Virus record (IMG/VR): IMGVR_UViG_3300033067_000093
Coordinates: 1 to 29,030 of that record
Length of the DNA: 29,030 nt
Reading direction: 5' to 3' (one strand)
Origin: a virus
Lineage: Duplodnaviria; Caudoviricetes
The translations under genes and the position numbers were made by a program. Below the pieces are notes generated by a model, which ran no database searches, was not told the DNA's origin, and saw only the letters and a program-made list of their open reading frames with translations. Positions 16,585 through 24,393 of this stretch are shown here, piece after piece (the first letter of the stretch is position 1; each line of letters starts with the position of its first letter).

Positions 16585-18983
16585 TAGTTGCCTCCGTTCT
16601 CGATGCGTTGGCCCTTCTTCGTGTACTGACCTTTCCACTCGATGTCCGTCACCGTGAAGGGATAATGGCTGTCCGAGTATAACTCGATACCAGCCTTCGT
16701 CGCTTCAGAGCGGAAGGGCATCACGTAGGAAGCGTCCACAATAGCAGGTTCGCCAACGTGAGTATTAGGATCGCCAACAAAGCGACCTGTGAATTCAACG
16801 ACAGAATCCGGAGCGTACTTGGAGAACTTACGGCAGAACAGCTTACCTGTATTTTTGCAATTCAGGAGGAACTTACTGACGATCAGCTTACCAGTGCCAA
16901 TTCGTACTTTGTCTGAGTCTTTCACATCAGGCTCAGTCGGGATATAAGATGAGCGATACGGTACGCCGTACAGGATTGTACCACCATTCATATCGCGGTC
17001 GAACGTATATGTGTTCGTACCAGCGTTGTAGCTTTCAACCCATGCTACCATACCCGGAGTCGGACATCCAGCGCCTTGAATAAAGACAATGGAGTTCGGA
17101 TCAGAGGGCATAGGGTTATACGGGTTAGCCAGCGTGGTGTGTACGTTCGTAGCTTTGCGCTTACGATCCAGACGCACGTTATAAGTCAGCCCAGTGTCAT
17201 CCTGTACGTCAAGGTCTAGCGTGTTCATCATGTAATCGTTTCCGATCTTCGTGATGAGGTAAACCTTCGATTGGATGATGAAGCTGTACTTCACGTTGTC
17301 TGGAAGAATCCAGCGGCTCCACGCCGATTGAACTTTCTTATCATCCTGCCAGATGTACTCGTAGCTGTACAAGATATGCTCGTCAGTCTGAGTCTGTACC
17401 AGTAGGATGTCGAAGTTCGATGACGTGGTAAGCATCTTGACCGTACCCTCAAGGTACTTCAGTACATGCTGAGTGATAGGTCGTGAGTCGTTCGCATCGG
17501 AGGTATCTGAGGAGTAGAACTCTCGAATCCCCGTGAACTGCCCGAAGGCAATGGGGAAGAAGATGTTCCGTCCGGCAGCTACCGGGATAGTCGTGATGTC
17601 CACCTCGAAGGTGGTAGTCAGCACGAGAGATGAGTTCTGCGGAGTCAGTGCAGTTCGTCCAAAGACAATGAACTGACCCTTATCTGAGAAGACAACCAAA
17701 TCGCGGTTGAATGGAACGCAATGATACATCTTACGCACACCTTCAATCGTCGATTGAATGTCAATCGGATCGGAGTCTGCGATCTCTGTAGCAGAGTTGT
17801 TCCAGTGATCTAGTGGTCGATCAGTGCGAGACATACATACTGCTGCACCACCGAGCAATACAAGGCGACCTTGGAAGTACCCAAGTCCTTCAACCGTCTC
17901 ATCGACGAAGGTAGGATTCTCGTTACTCTCTAAGTCACCTGCTGCACGTTCAGCCCAGTTCCCCGGCCCAAAACTGAACTGGTCAGTATTGAAGTCGTAG
18001 AACAGGATATGCGGCATAGTGTGGATGTCGAATTTGTATGGGATACCGGGAGCAACGCACTCCTGCCATGAGCCAGCCAAGCCGAAGCCAGCGCCCATAG
18101 CCGGATAGTTACCAGCGGAATCTTTGTTGCAGATGAACTGCGCGTACCATTCGTCAGCACTGCTACTACCGTCACCAGTGATGGTCACGATGTAGTTATG
18201 CGGCGCGTAACGCGGGAGCTTGCTGCGGTCTTGAATCGAGTTGTTGATCACGAGGAATTGCGTACCACCAAACCCGTCCGTAGTTGTGACGTTGAACGTC
18301 TGCGTTGTCGGAGCGGAAGTCTTCTTGATGTACAGCACATCACCAGTACGTGTCACTGAGAAGTTCGACGTAAAGGTAGCGTTACCGTTCAAGGAGGCTT
18401 GGATTTGGGTAGCAATGTTGTCAGTCGTGATCAGGTTCACATCCGTTGATGTTGAACCAGTAGGCGTGGTGTACGTGCCAACGATAGTTGTGCCGCTCCA
18501 CGTAATTGTGAGGGTGTAAACGCGACCATAGGAACCACCGAGTACATAGGCAACAGCGCCAGTGTTCACGTATGATTTGGTTGCGGAGTCCATTGCCACT
18601 ACCTTCTCTTTGTTCGCCACGTACACGAGGTCATCGAGTGTGGTGAAGGCGAGAGGAGCGCCATCAATGTACGAGAAGCCGGATGATACGTTGGTCACCG
18701 TTTTCTCTACGCCTGTATTATAGTTGAATACCCGTACTACTCCGGGCAGACATGCCATGACGAATTTAAGATCGCCACCAAGGTCGAAGTCATAGAACTG
18801 AGCGTCTGCTGCGTTCGAGAACAACTTCGTAATCTCCTCCATCGCAGCACGACGAGTAAGCCCGTCAACAGGGTTGGATGAGATGTTATCTTGGGCCGTA
18901 CATTGGCCGGGAAGCCGTGTACGATCTGGCTGTTGAGATACACCTTGGATCAAAGACCCAAGAGAGCCATCTACTTTAGCCAT
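16584..18983 (-). CDS. Tail tubular protein B (nozzle, T7 gp12-like)
   Basis: 799 aa from MAKVDGS. LIQGVSQQP, GL.RR, FQGRLVLL and SDPID motifs. Confidence 0.95.
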   Translation of the reverse strand: MAKVDGSLGSLIQGVSQQPDRTRLPGQCTAQDNISSNPVDGLTRRAAMEEITKLFSNAADAQFYDFDLGGDLKFVMACLPGVVRVFNYNTGVEKTVTNVSSGFSYIDGAPLAFTTLDDLVYVANKEKVVAMDSATKSYVNTGAVAYVLGGSYGRVYTLTITWSGTTIVGTYTTPTGSTSTDVNLITTDNIATQIQASLNGNATFTSNFSVTRTGDVLYIKKTSAPTTQTFNVTTTDGFGGTQFLVINNSIQDRSKLPRYAPHNYIVTITGDGSSSADEWYAQFICNKDSAGNYPAMGAGFGLAGSWQECVAPGIPYKFDIHTMPHILFYDFNTDQFSFGPGNWAERAAGDLESNENPTFVDETVEGLGYFQGRLVLLGGAAVCMSRTDRPLDHWNNSATEIADSDPIDIQSTIEGVRKMYHCVPFNRDLVVFSDKGQFIVFGRTALTPQNSSLVLTTTFEVDITTIPVAAGRNIFFPIAFGQFTGIREFYSSDTSDANDSRPITQHVLKYLEGTVKMLTTSSNFDILLVQTQTDEHILYSYEYIWQDDKKVQSAWSRWILPDNVKYSFIIQSKVYLITKIGNDYMMNTLDLDVQDDTGLTYNVRLDRKRKATNVHTTLANPYNPMPSDPNSIVFIQGAGCPTPGMVAWVESYNAGTNTYTFDRDMNGGTILYGVPYRSSYIPTEPDVKDSDKVRIGTGKLIVSKFLLNCKNTGKLFCRKFSKYAPDSVVEFTGRFVGDPNTHVGEPAIVDASYVMPFRSEATKAGIELYSDSHYPFTVTDIEWKGQYTKKGQRIENGGN

Positions 18984-19599
18984 TAGTAAAGCCTCCGCCG
19001 ATAATGTCAGGGTTGCCGTTCGTCCGCCCTGCACCGTATTGTCCGATACCCTGACGGATAGCAGCAACGGTAGGACGGTTCTTTGCGTTCACATTGCTCA
19101 TCTGAAGTTGTTGTGCAGTGAGCGCAGCCCACGATGCTTGCACTTCAAAGAGCAAGAGTTTCGATTTAGTTTCGTCGCCATCATCGTTCACGTAGAAGTC
19201 ATACGCTGCCTTATCGGACAGGTATTGAACAGCCGCGTCAGGAAGATCGTCCACTGCAAGCAGGGTCACGATGTTCACAGCGACAGTGTCGTTGATGGCG
19301 AAGGTATGGTTCACCGGATCATACAGGCGATTGCCGCGCCATACGAGGCGGGACTTTGAATCGACCGGATCGACTTTGATGGTCGAGGCCGGGAGAATGA
19401 TCTCCCCTGCAAGGTTCGGTGATAGAATTAGGTTAAGGTCGCGGTTGAACCACCAGCCACGTAATTGCATCCGCTTGTTCACTCGGTTAATAGTGTTCGT
19501 AGCAGTTTGCGCGGTAGGATGTTGGCTATCTGGGTTGCTCACGGGAGTTTCCCCAACGACACTTAAAACGTGATTGAGTACGTCAAGAGATGCGGTCAT
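18976..19599 (-). CDS. Tail tubular protein A (gatekeeper, T7 gp11-like)
   Basis: 207 aa from MTASLDV (RBS TAAGGA). LDVLN..L..VGE.PV, GWWFN and RG.RLYD motifs. Confidence 0.95.
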   Translation of the reverse strand: MTASLDVLNHVLSVVGETPVSNPDSQHPTAQTATNTINRVNKRMQLRGWWFNRDLNLILSPNLAGEIILPASTIKVDPVDSKSRLVWRGNRLYDPVNHTFAINDTVAVNIVTLLAVDDLPDAAVQYLSDKAAYDFYVNDDGDETKSKLLLFEVQASWAALTAQQLQMSNVNAKNRPTVAAIRQGIGQYGAGRTNGNPDIIGGGFTNG

Positions 19600-19613
19600 G
19601 TGTTTCCTTAAAG

Positions 19614-19646
19614 AAAAAAAGCCCCTCCCCAATTAAGGAGAGGGGC
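19614..19646 (-). terminator. T-phi-like terminator after major capsid gene
   Basis: GCCCCTCTCC-TTAATT-GGGGAGGGGC-TTTTTTT. Confidence 0.92.
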
Positions 19647-19654
19647 GTGTATCG

Positions 19655-20614
19655 TTACTGTTTCAGTACGCGACCGCAAACATCCGGACGGTTCACCGTA
19701 ACGGCGAATGAGATGAAGCTGTCGATGAACCACAGTTTTTCCTCTTTGTTGAACCATACATCGCTGGTCAGCGGAATGGTTTCACCAGCGAGCAGCGATT
19801 TTGGGTGCAGGATTACTGCAACAGCTTTCGCTTCGGTCGAGCTTACATCGTAAGCGTTACCGTTGTTGGCGTTCGAGAGCAGGTGGCCAGTGATAGCTGC
19901 GTTCGGAATACGTGCAGTCTTAACGATGCGAGCACCGTTCAAGTCCCACAGCAGACCTTTTGCAAAGTCACCGTTGCCAGCCGAGTAGTCACGCGAGAGC
20001 AACTTGTTGTTGTTCTTCAGCACCTCGAATTGTTTCGGACGAACGAAGATGAGCAGTTCGCTCACGTCGATGTCTTCTTCTTCCATCGTGGTGATGATGC
20101 CAGCGATAGCAGTGTACAGTTTATCCGGATCAAGCTCGTCACCTGCCGAAGCGAGGGTGGTCGATTTACCAGCGCCGAATGCACCGTTCAGGCCGGACGG
20201 AGCCGACTGACCAGCGCCTTTGATGGCGAGGATGATGAATGCTTGATCGAAGAATTTGCCGATCTCTTTACCGTGATCTTGAGCGAGTTCCATACGAGCA
20301 TCGAAGTGCGTTTGGAATTCGTTCAGCATCGACCGAGCATCGCGGCTCAGGATGACAGTATCAACGGTGAGTTGGACTTTACCGAAGTTCGTCGGGATCG
20401 CATCGGGGCGAGCACCGGGGACGAGCTTCTGGAGCGTGGTACGACCAACGCGGTTATTCGTAATGGTGTCAGTGTTACGCACTGCACGTACTTTAACGAA
20501 TTCGCGCATGATCGAGGATTTAGCGAATTGGCTCTCGACTTCGCCGCCGTATTGCTCAATGAGCAGTTCGGTGGTTACATCGGAGAGGTTAACGGAATCT
20601 GAGCCGTAGGCCAT
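19655..20614 (-). CDS. Major capsid protein (T7 gp10-like)
   Basis: 319 aa. L.IEQYGGEVE..F, VDT and G.EIGKFFDQA motifs. Preceded by a phage promoter and AAGGAG, followed by a terminator. Confidence 0.96.
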   Translation of the reverse strand: MAYGSDSVNLSDVTTELLIEQYGGEVESQFAKSSIMREFVKVRAVRNTDTITNNRVGRTTLQKLVPGARPDAIPTNFGKVQLTVDTVILSRDARSMLNEFQTHFDARMELAQDHGKEIGKFFDQAFIILAIKGAGQSAPSGLNGAFGAGKSTTLASAGDELDPDKLYTAIAGIITTMEEEDIDVSELLIFVRPKQFEVLKNNNKLLSRDYSAGNGDFAKGLLWDLNGARIVKTARIPNAAITGHLLSNANNGNAYDVSSTEAKAVAVILHPKSLLAGETIPLTSDVWFNKEEKLWFIDSFISFAVTVNRPDVCGRVLKQ

Positions 20615-20655
20615 GAGTTCTCCTTGGAAATATAATTATGCGCCTAAATTGTCCT

Positions 20656-20676
20656 TACTAGGTACGAAGTGAATTA
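20656..20676 (-). promoter_or_regulatory. Phage RNAP promoter (phi10-like)
   Basis: TAATTCACTTCGTACCTAGTA(AGG), intergenic before the capsid gene. Confidence 0.92.
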
Positions 20677-20690
20677 GGCACGGGTGAGTA

Positions 20691-21593
20691 TTACTTGCCA
20701 GCCCGGATGGTGGCAGTACGCCGTTCATTCAAGAGCTTAACGGCAGCGTGGTCGTTCTTCGATTGAGCTACATGCAATTCCTTGATGTAGTCAGCACGGG
20801 AGAGCGGCACGAAGCTGCTATCGGTCGGAGCACGGTCACCGTCAACACGGCGAACGTCCAGCGAACTGTTCTTGGGATCGGCATTGTAAGCCTTGAGCAG
20901 AGCATCTGCCGCGAGCTTCGCCGTAGTCGGGTTGTTCGAGTCGAGCATCTTGCGATACGAATCCAACTCTTTGCCGAAGTTCGCATCCGTTGCTTCCTTG
21001 GCTTGCGCCCATTTAGCTACGGTATCGAAGTTCTGCTTGTTACCAACTACCGAGTACACTGCATCGGTGACAGCTTTAACGCCAGCACTTACGCGGTTGT
21101 AGTAGTCAGTTACACCCGTCTTGACGAGGGCAGCTTTGTGCTTACCCATCTTTTCTTCGAGCTTCGACCAGTCAATACCTTCGAGGGTGTGATTCTCTAC
21201 CGCTTCGCGGAAGATGTCATCAGCCTCAGCCGGAGTGATGTTCGATTCTTTGAGCATCTCGATAACCGAGTCAGCAGTCTCGTCCCCATAGGTCGGATAT
21301 GCTTTCTTCGATTCCTCGATCTCTTTGTCTTTGGCTTCCTTAGCAGCCTTGTCAGCGGCCTCTTTATCGGCAGCCTCCTTTGCAGTGGCAGCGGCTTTAT
21401 CAGCCTCGGCCTTCGCAGCGGCTTCTTTCTCCTCAGCAGTCGGCTCCTTTACGGGAGGCTGATTGCTAGGTTCAGCAGGGGGCTTCGGGCCTTCATGTGA
21501 GTGGCCATCGCTGAGGTCACGGTTCAGTACACCTTCTGGCGCGCCTTTCGCTTGCTCGTTCGCTTTGTCCACTACTACGACTTCATCAGCCAT
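20691..21593 (-). CDS. Capsid scaffolding protein (T7 gp9-like)
   Basis: 300 aa between portal and capsid. Low-complexity E/A/K N-terminus, VG...NF..V..WA motif, C-terminal RR...G. Confidence 0.9.
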   Translation of the reverse strand: MADEVVVVDKANEQAKGAPEGVLNRDLSDGHSHEGPKPPAEPSNQPPVKEPTAEEKEAAAKAEADKAAATAKEAADKEAADKAAKEAKDKEIEESKKAYPTYGDETADSVIEMLKESNITPAEADDIFREAVENHTLEGIDWSKLEEKMGKHKAALVKTGVTDYYNRVSAGVKAVTDAVYSVVGNKQNFDTVAKWAQAKEATDANFGKELDSYRKMLDSNNPTTAKLAADALLKAYNADPKNSSLDVRRVDGDRAPTDSSFVPLSRADYIKELHVAQSKNDHAAVKLLNERRTATIRAGK

Positions 21594-23173
21594 TACTGAT
21601 CTCCTTGTTGTTTGAATGCACTCTTAGCAGCTTCTTGCGAGATCGCTGTTGCGGCCTCACCTTGTTGCTCTTGAGCCATCATCTGTTGTTGCTGTGCTTG
21701 TTCAGCTTGGATGGTCGCCTGATCCTTCTCGAACTTCTGGTAGTCCACGCCACGGCGGACAGCACAGTAAGCTACGAACTTCGACATGTCGATTGCTGCG
21801 AGGATTTGCTCCGGCACAGTATTCAACAGTTGAAGGTCGCTGATGAGAAGGCGTAGGTTGTCGATGTCACCTGCACGGGACAGGCTATCGAGACCAGTGA
21901 TGATCACGGGATCAATCGTACCATCGCCCAGATCAACCTTGATGCGTTTCAGCATCAGGATCGCTGTGCGGTACTGCCACTCCTCTGCGAAGCGAGAATA
22001 AATCCCACCGTTCGACAGATCGAGTTCATTGGCAGTCTGACGAATCTCCTCTGCGGTAACGCGTTCAGCGTCACGGGTCACAGCAGTCTGGAGCAGGAAT
22101 GCTGCACCGATCTGTTGCTGTAACCGCTGTACCATAGACTCCACCATCTGCATGTCAACAGCTTTGTTGATCTGCAATACAGTTACGTCACCTTCCTTAC
22201 CGGAATGATACGAGCCTGACTCAGCGGCGTTGAGGGTTTCAACATCGACAGTCGAGCCGGGATCAACCAAGAACTTGATGTCAGCAGCGATAGCTACTAC
22301 GTCAATCTCGGATTGGGCAAGTTGGTACAGTGCATGGAATGCACCAGCGTAATCTTCCACAAGGCCACGTCCGTAGTCTTCACCACGGATCAGGTTCCAC
22401 GTCAGCGGAAGGTAGGGTAGGTCTTCAGCAGTCCACGTTGCCGAGGATTCTTCGAGCTTCATGTCATCAGCGTACTGATACATGTGATACTTCATATCGT
22501 CTTCGAGAATCACTTGGGTGTAGATGCAGACCTCTTTGGTTGAGCCGTACTTACCTTTGTCGTAGGACTCCAGCTTTTCGCGGATGTCCTTCTTGAAGGT
22601 GTTCAGGGCTTTCTTTTCCAGCGTCATGATCTCGATCACTGTACCCGACAGGTCACGTACTACACAGTAGTCGTTCAGGCCGTACATCTGCACTGGCCCT
22701 TTGACGGGATGGTACAGCATGGCATTGCCAGTTACGATCAAAGATTTCGCTGCGGTTGTGGCTTCAGTCCGATAGCGGTTGAAGTCCAACTCTTTCATCG
22801 CGGCTTTCTCGGTCTTGGCTAGAGCCTCGTCCATAGCAGCGATGAGTGTTAGGGCTTGGTCGTCACCATTCTTCGCCTTCGCAGCCAGTTCCTCAGATAC
22901 CTTGTCCGTGATTGTGAGACGGAAGAAAGGTTGAGACGGTGCGAACAGCGCCATGATGAGCTTGTTCGACAAGTGGTTTACTGCCCGTGCTCCAGTGGAG
23001 TCTAACGGGCCTTGCAGTTCGGAATCCTTCGTATTGCTACGAGGGAACAGATACGGCAGCGTCCACATGGCGTAGTCATAGCAGCGATTGACGAGATTCG
23101 TCTTCTTGCCATTCAACTCCGTCCAGCGGTCAGATAACTTCTTGTCCGGTGGTAGCTTGGATTCCTTGTCCAT
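21593..23173 (-). CDS. Portal / head-tail connector (T7 gp8-like)
   Basis: 526 aa. TLPYLFP, GARAVNHLSNKL, GEDYGRGLVEDY and RDAERVTAEEIR motifs. Confidence 0.97.
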   Translation of the reverse strand: MDKESKLPPDKKLSDRWTELNGKKTNLVNRCYDYAMWTLPYLFPRSNTKDSELQGPLDSTGARAVNHLSNKLIMALFAPSQPFFRLTITDKVSEELAAKAKNGDDQALTLIAAMDEALAKTEKAAMKELDFNRYRTEATTAAKSLIVTGNAMLYHPVKGPVQMYGLNDYCVVRDLSGTVIEIMTLEKKALNTFKKDIREKLESYDKGKYGSTKEVCIYTQVILEDDMKYHMYQYADDMKLEESSATWTAEDLPYLPLTWNLIRGEDYGRGLVEDYAGAFHALYQLAQSEIDVVAIAADIKFLVDPGSTVDVETLNAAESGSYHSGKEGDVTVLQINKAVDMQMVESMVQRLQQQIGAAFLLQTAVTRDAERVTAEEIRQTANELDLSNGGIYSRFAEEWQYRTAILMLKRIKVDLGDGTIDPVIITGLDSLSRAGDIDNLRLLISDLQLLNTVPEQILAAIDMSKFVAYCAVRRGVDYQKFEKDQATIQAEQAQQQQMMAQEQQGEAATAISQEAAKSAFKQQGDQ

Positions 23174-23418
23174 TATACGTTAAGACCACTCGACTGGCCG
23201 AGTCCGCCGAGGACATCGCCAACTTTGCGTTTCTTGTTCGAGCCGCTGATACGATCACCGCTGACAGCATCACTGCCGATTACGATGGTAGCACCAGTAT
23301 CGTTGTTCTGGGTAGGAGCCGGAGCAGCCGCTACTTCCGGAGTCGGAAGGGCAGGTACTTTCGGACTCAGGCCGAGAAGCGAAGTGACTGAACTAAAGAT
23401 TTTAGAAAATTTACTCAT
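23173..23418 (-). CDS. Small virion/tail assembly protein (gp7.3-like position)
   Basis: 81 aa, Pro/Ala-rich with a basic patch, ends SGLNV. TAATG coupled to the portal. Confidence 0.75.
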   Translation of the reverse strand: MSKFSKIFSSVTSLLGLSPKVPALPTPEVAAAPAPTQNNDTGATIVIGSDAVSGDRISGSNKKRKVGDVLGGLGQSSGLNV

Positions 23419-23867
23419 GTTTGTTTCCTTTGTCTGATTAAGACTGTACCGCCATGCGATACATACCCAAACTTACTAAGAAGGTTGATGTAGAGCTTGT
23501 CTTGTCCGATAGCAGCCGTAGCTGTAGCGAACGAGAGTGTGCATTCCATAAGGTCGAACCATTCACAAGCATCTTCAAGAAGTGCTCGTCCGATTCCTGT
23601 CCCTCTGAACTTAGGCAGTACATACATCTTCGATACGTACCCGAAGTACTCGTTTTGGAATTCCTTTGACCGGGAACAGATCATCAGACCAGCCATCTCA
23701 TTTTGCGCGTATTGAACAAACACGGCTGAGTCTGGATCGTTGATGAGACTATACAAGTAGTCTGTGGAATTCTGTTTACTGTACGTTATCGGGTATTGTG
23801 TTTCAGAGATGAATGCTTCTGCGAGTTCTAGGAATTCATGAACCCTAGCGTCCCACAATAATAGCAT
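23415..23867 (-). CDS. GNAT-family acetyltransferase
   Basis: 150 aa with acetyl-CoA motif A YVLPKFRGTGIGRALL and a C-terminal KFGY. Conserved position before the portal in phiKMV/SP6-like phages. Confidence 0.88.
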   Translation of the reverse strand: MLLLWDARVHEFLELAEAFISETQYPITYSKQNSTDYLYSLINDPDSAVFVQYAQNEMAGLMICSRSKEFQNEYFGYVSKMYVLPKFRGTGIGRALLEDACEWFDLMECTLSFATATAAIGQDKLYINLLSKFGYVSHGGTVLIRQRKQT

Positions 23868-23880
23868 ACGCCTTCCTCAG

Positions 23881-24204
23881 TCATGTAGCAGTACGTGTGG
23901 TGAATCTCTTGAACCAGTTACCTACTTGCTTAGAATGTTCCTCTTGGGATACTTCTATAGCTGTAGCAGTTACAGTGTTATCTGTATCTTCTTTATTATC
24001 TGGTTTAATGTCTTCTTCCTTACTACTTACTATCTTATTACTACTTATCTGTAGTATCTTTTGTATGACTCGTTGTTCACCATGAGAGATCATGATGAGG
24101 TCACGTTCCATGCCGGGAGTAATACTCACGGGTGGGAACATGCGCTTTAGCTCAAGAGCGAACTCTCGGCTAACTTTTGGAAGACTCTTAGCTAATAGGG
24201 ACAT
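23881..24204 (-). CDS. Hypothetical protein (EL.R.FP...G...VI family, AT-rich C-terminal half)
   Basis: 107 aa; RBS AAGGA. Confidence 0.7.
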   Translation of the reverse strand: MSLLAKSLPKVSREFALELKRMFPPVSITPGMERDLIMISHGEQRVIQKILQISSNKIVSSKEEDIKPDNKEDTDNTVTATAIEVSQEEHSKQVGNWFKRFTTRTAT

Positions 24205-24355
24205 ATCGTTCCTTCGGTTTCGTTATGAGGTCGTACAGACCATGCTGTACCAGAAAGTCGCTAATGACTTGAGGGTATGGCACTCCGTGCTTTACGCACT
24301 CAATGGCCATCTCGATCTTCTGGATGTCGTCAAGGTCTGATAGTGGTGTACTCAT
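24188..24355 (-). CDS. Small hypothetical protein (55 aa, missing from ORF track)
   Basis: Hand-translated MSTPLSDLDDIQKIEMAIECVKHGVPYPQVISDFLVQHGLYDLITKPKERYVPIS. Strong RBS GGAGGAG; first gene after the phage promoter. Confidence 0.8.
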   Translation of the reverse strand: MSTPLSDLDDIQKIEMAIECVKHGVPYPQVISDFLVQHGLYDLITKPKERYVPIS

Positions 24356-24372
24356 TGACTCCTCCGTTGCCT

Positions 24373-24393
24373 TACTAGGTACGAAGTGAATTA
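24373..24393 (-). promoter_or_regulatory. Phage RNAP promoter opening the late region
   Basis: TAATTCACTTCGTACCTAGTA(AGG). Its first TAA is the RNAP stop codon. Confidence 0.92.

Noticed and set aside
19600-19680. T7 10A/10B-type capsid frameshift extension
   Set aside because: No slippery run at the capsid 3' end, and a terminator follows within 10 nt.
20683-20695. GGTGAGYATTACT-like block upstream of two promoter copies (also 9270-9282)
   Set aside because: Spacing to the promoter differs, it is absent at the third copy, and it is partly explained by stop codons and the terminator stem.
21330-21440. Repetitive GCAGCC/GCCT tract in the scaffold gene
   Set aside because: Explained by an EAAAK/EAADK low-complexity helix in the protein.
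19805-21500. Long plus-strand ORFs (265 aa and 250 aa) opposite capsid and scaffold
   Set aside because: Antisense shadows caused by codon bias in highly expressed genes; no RBS or motifs. The same applies to the other plus-strand ORFs.
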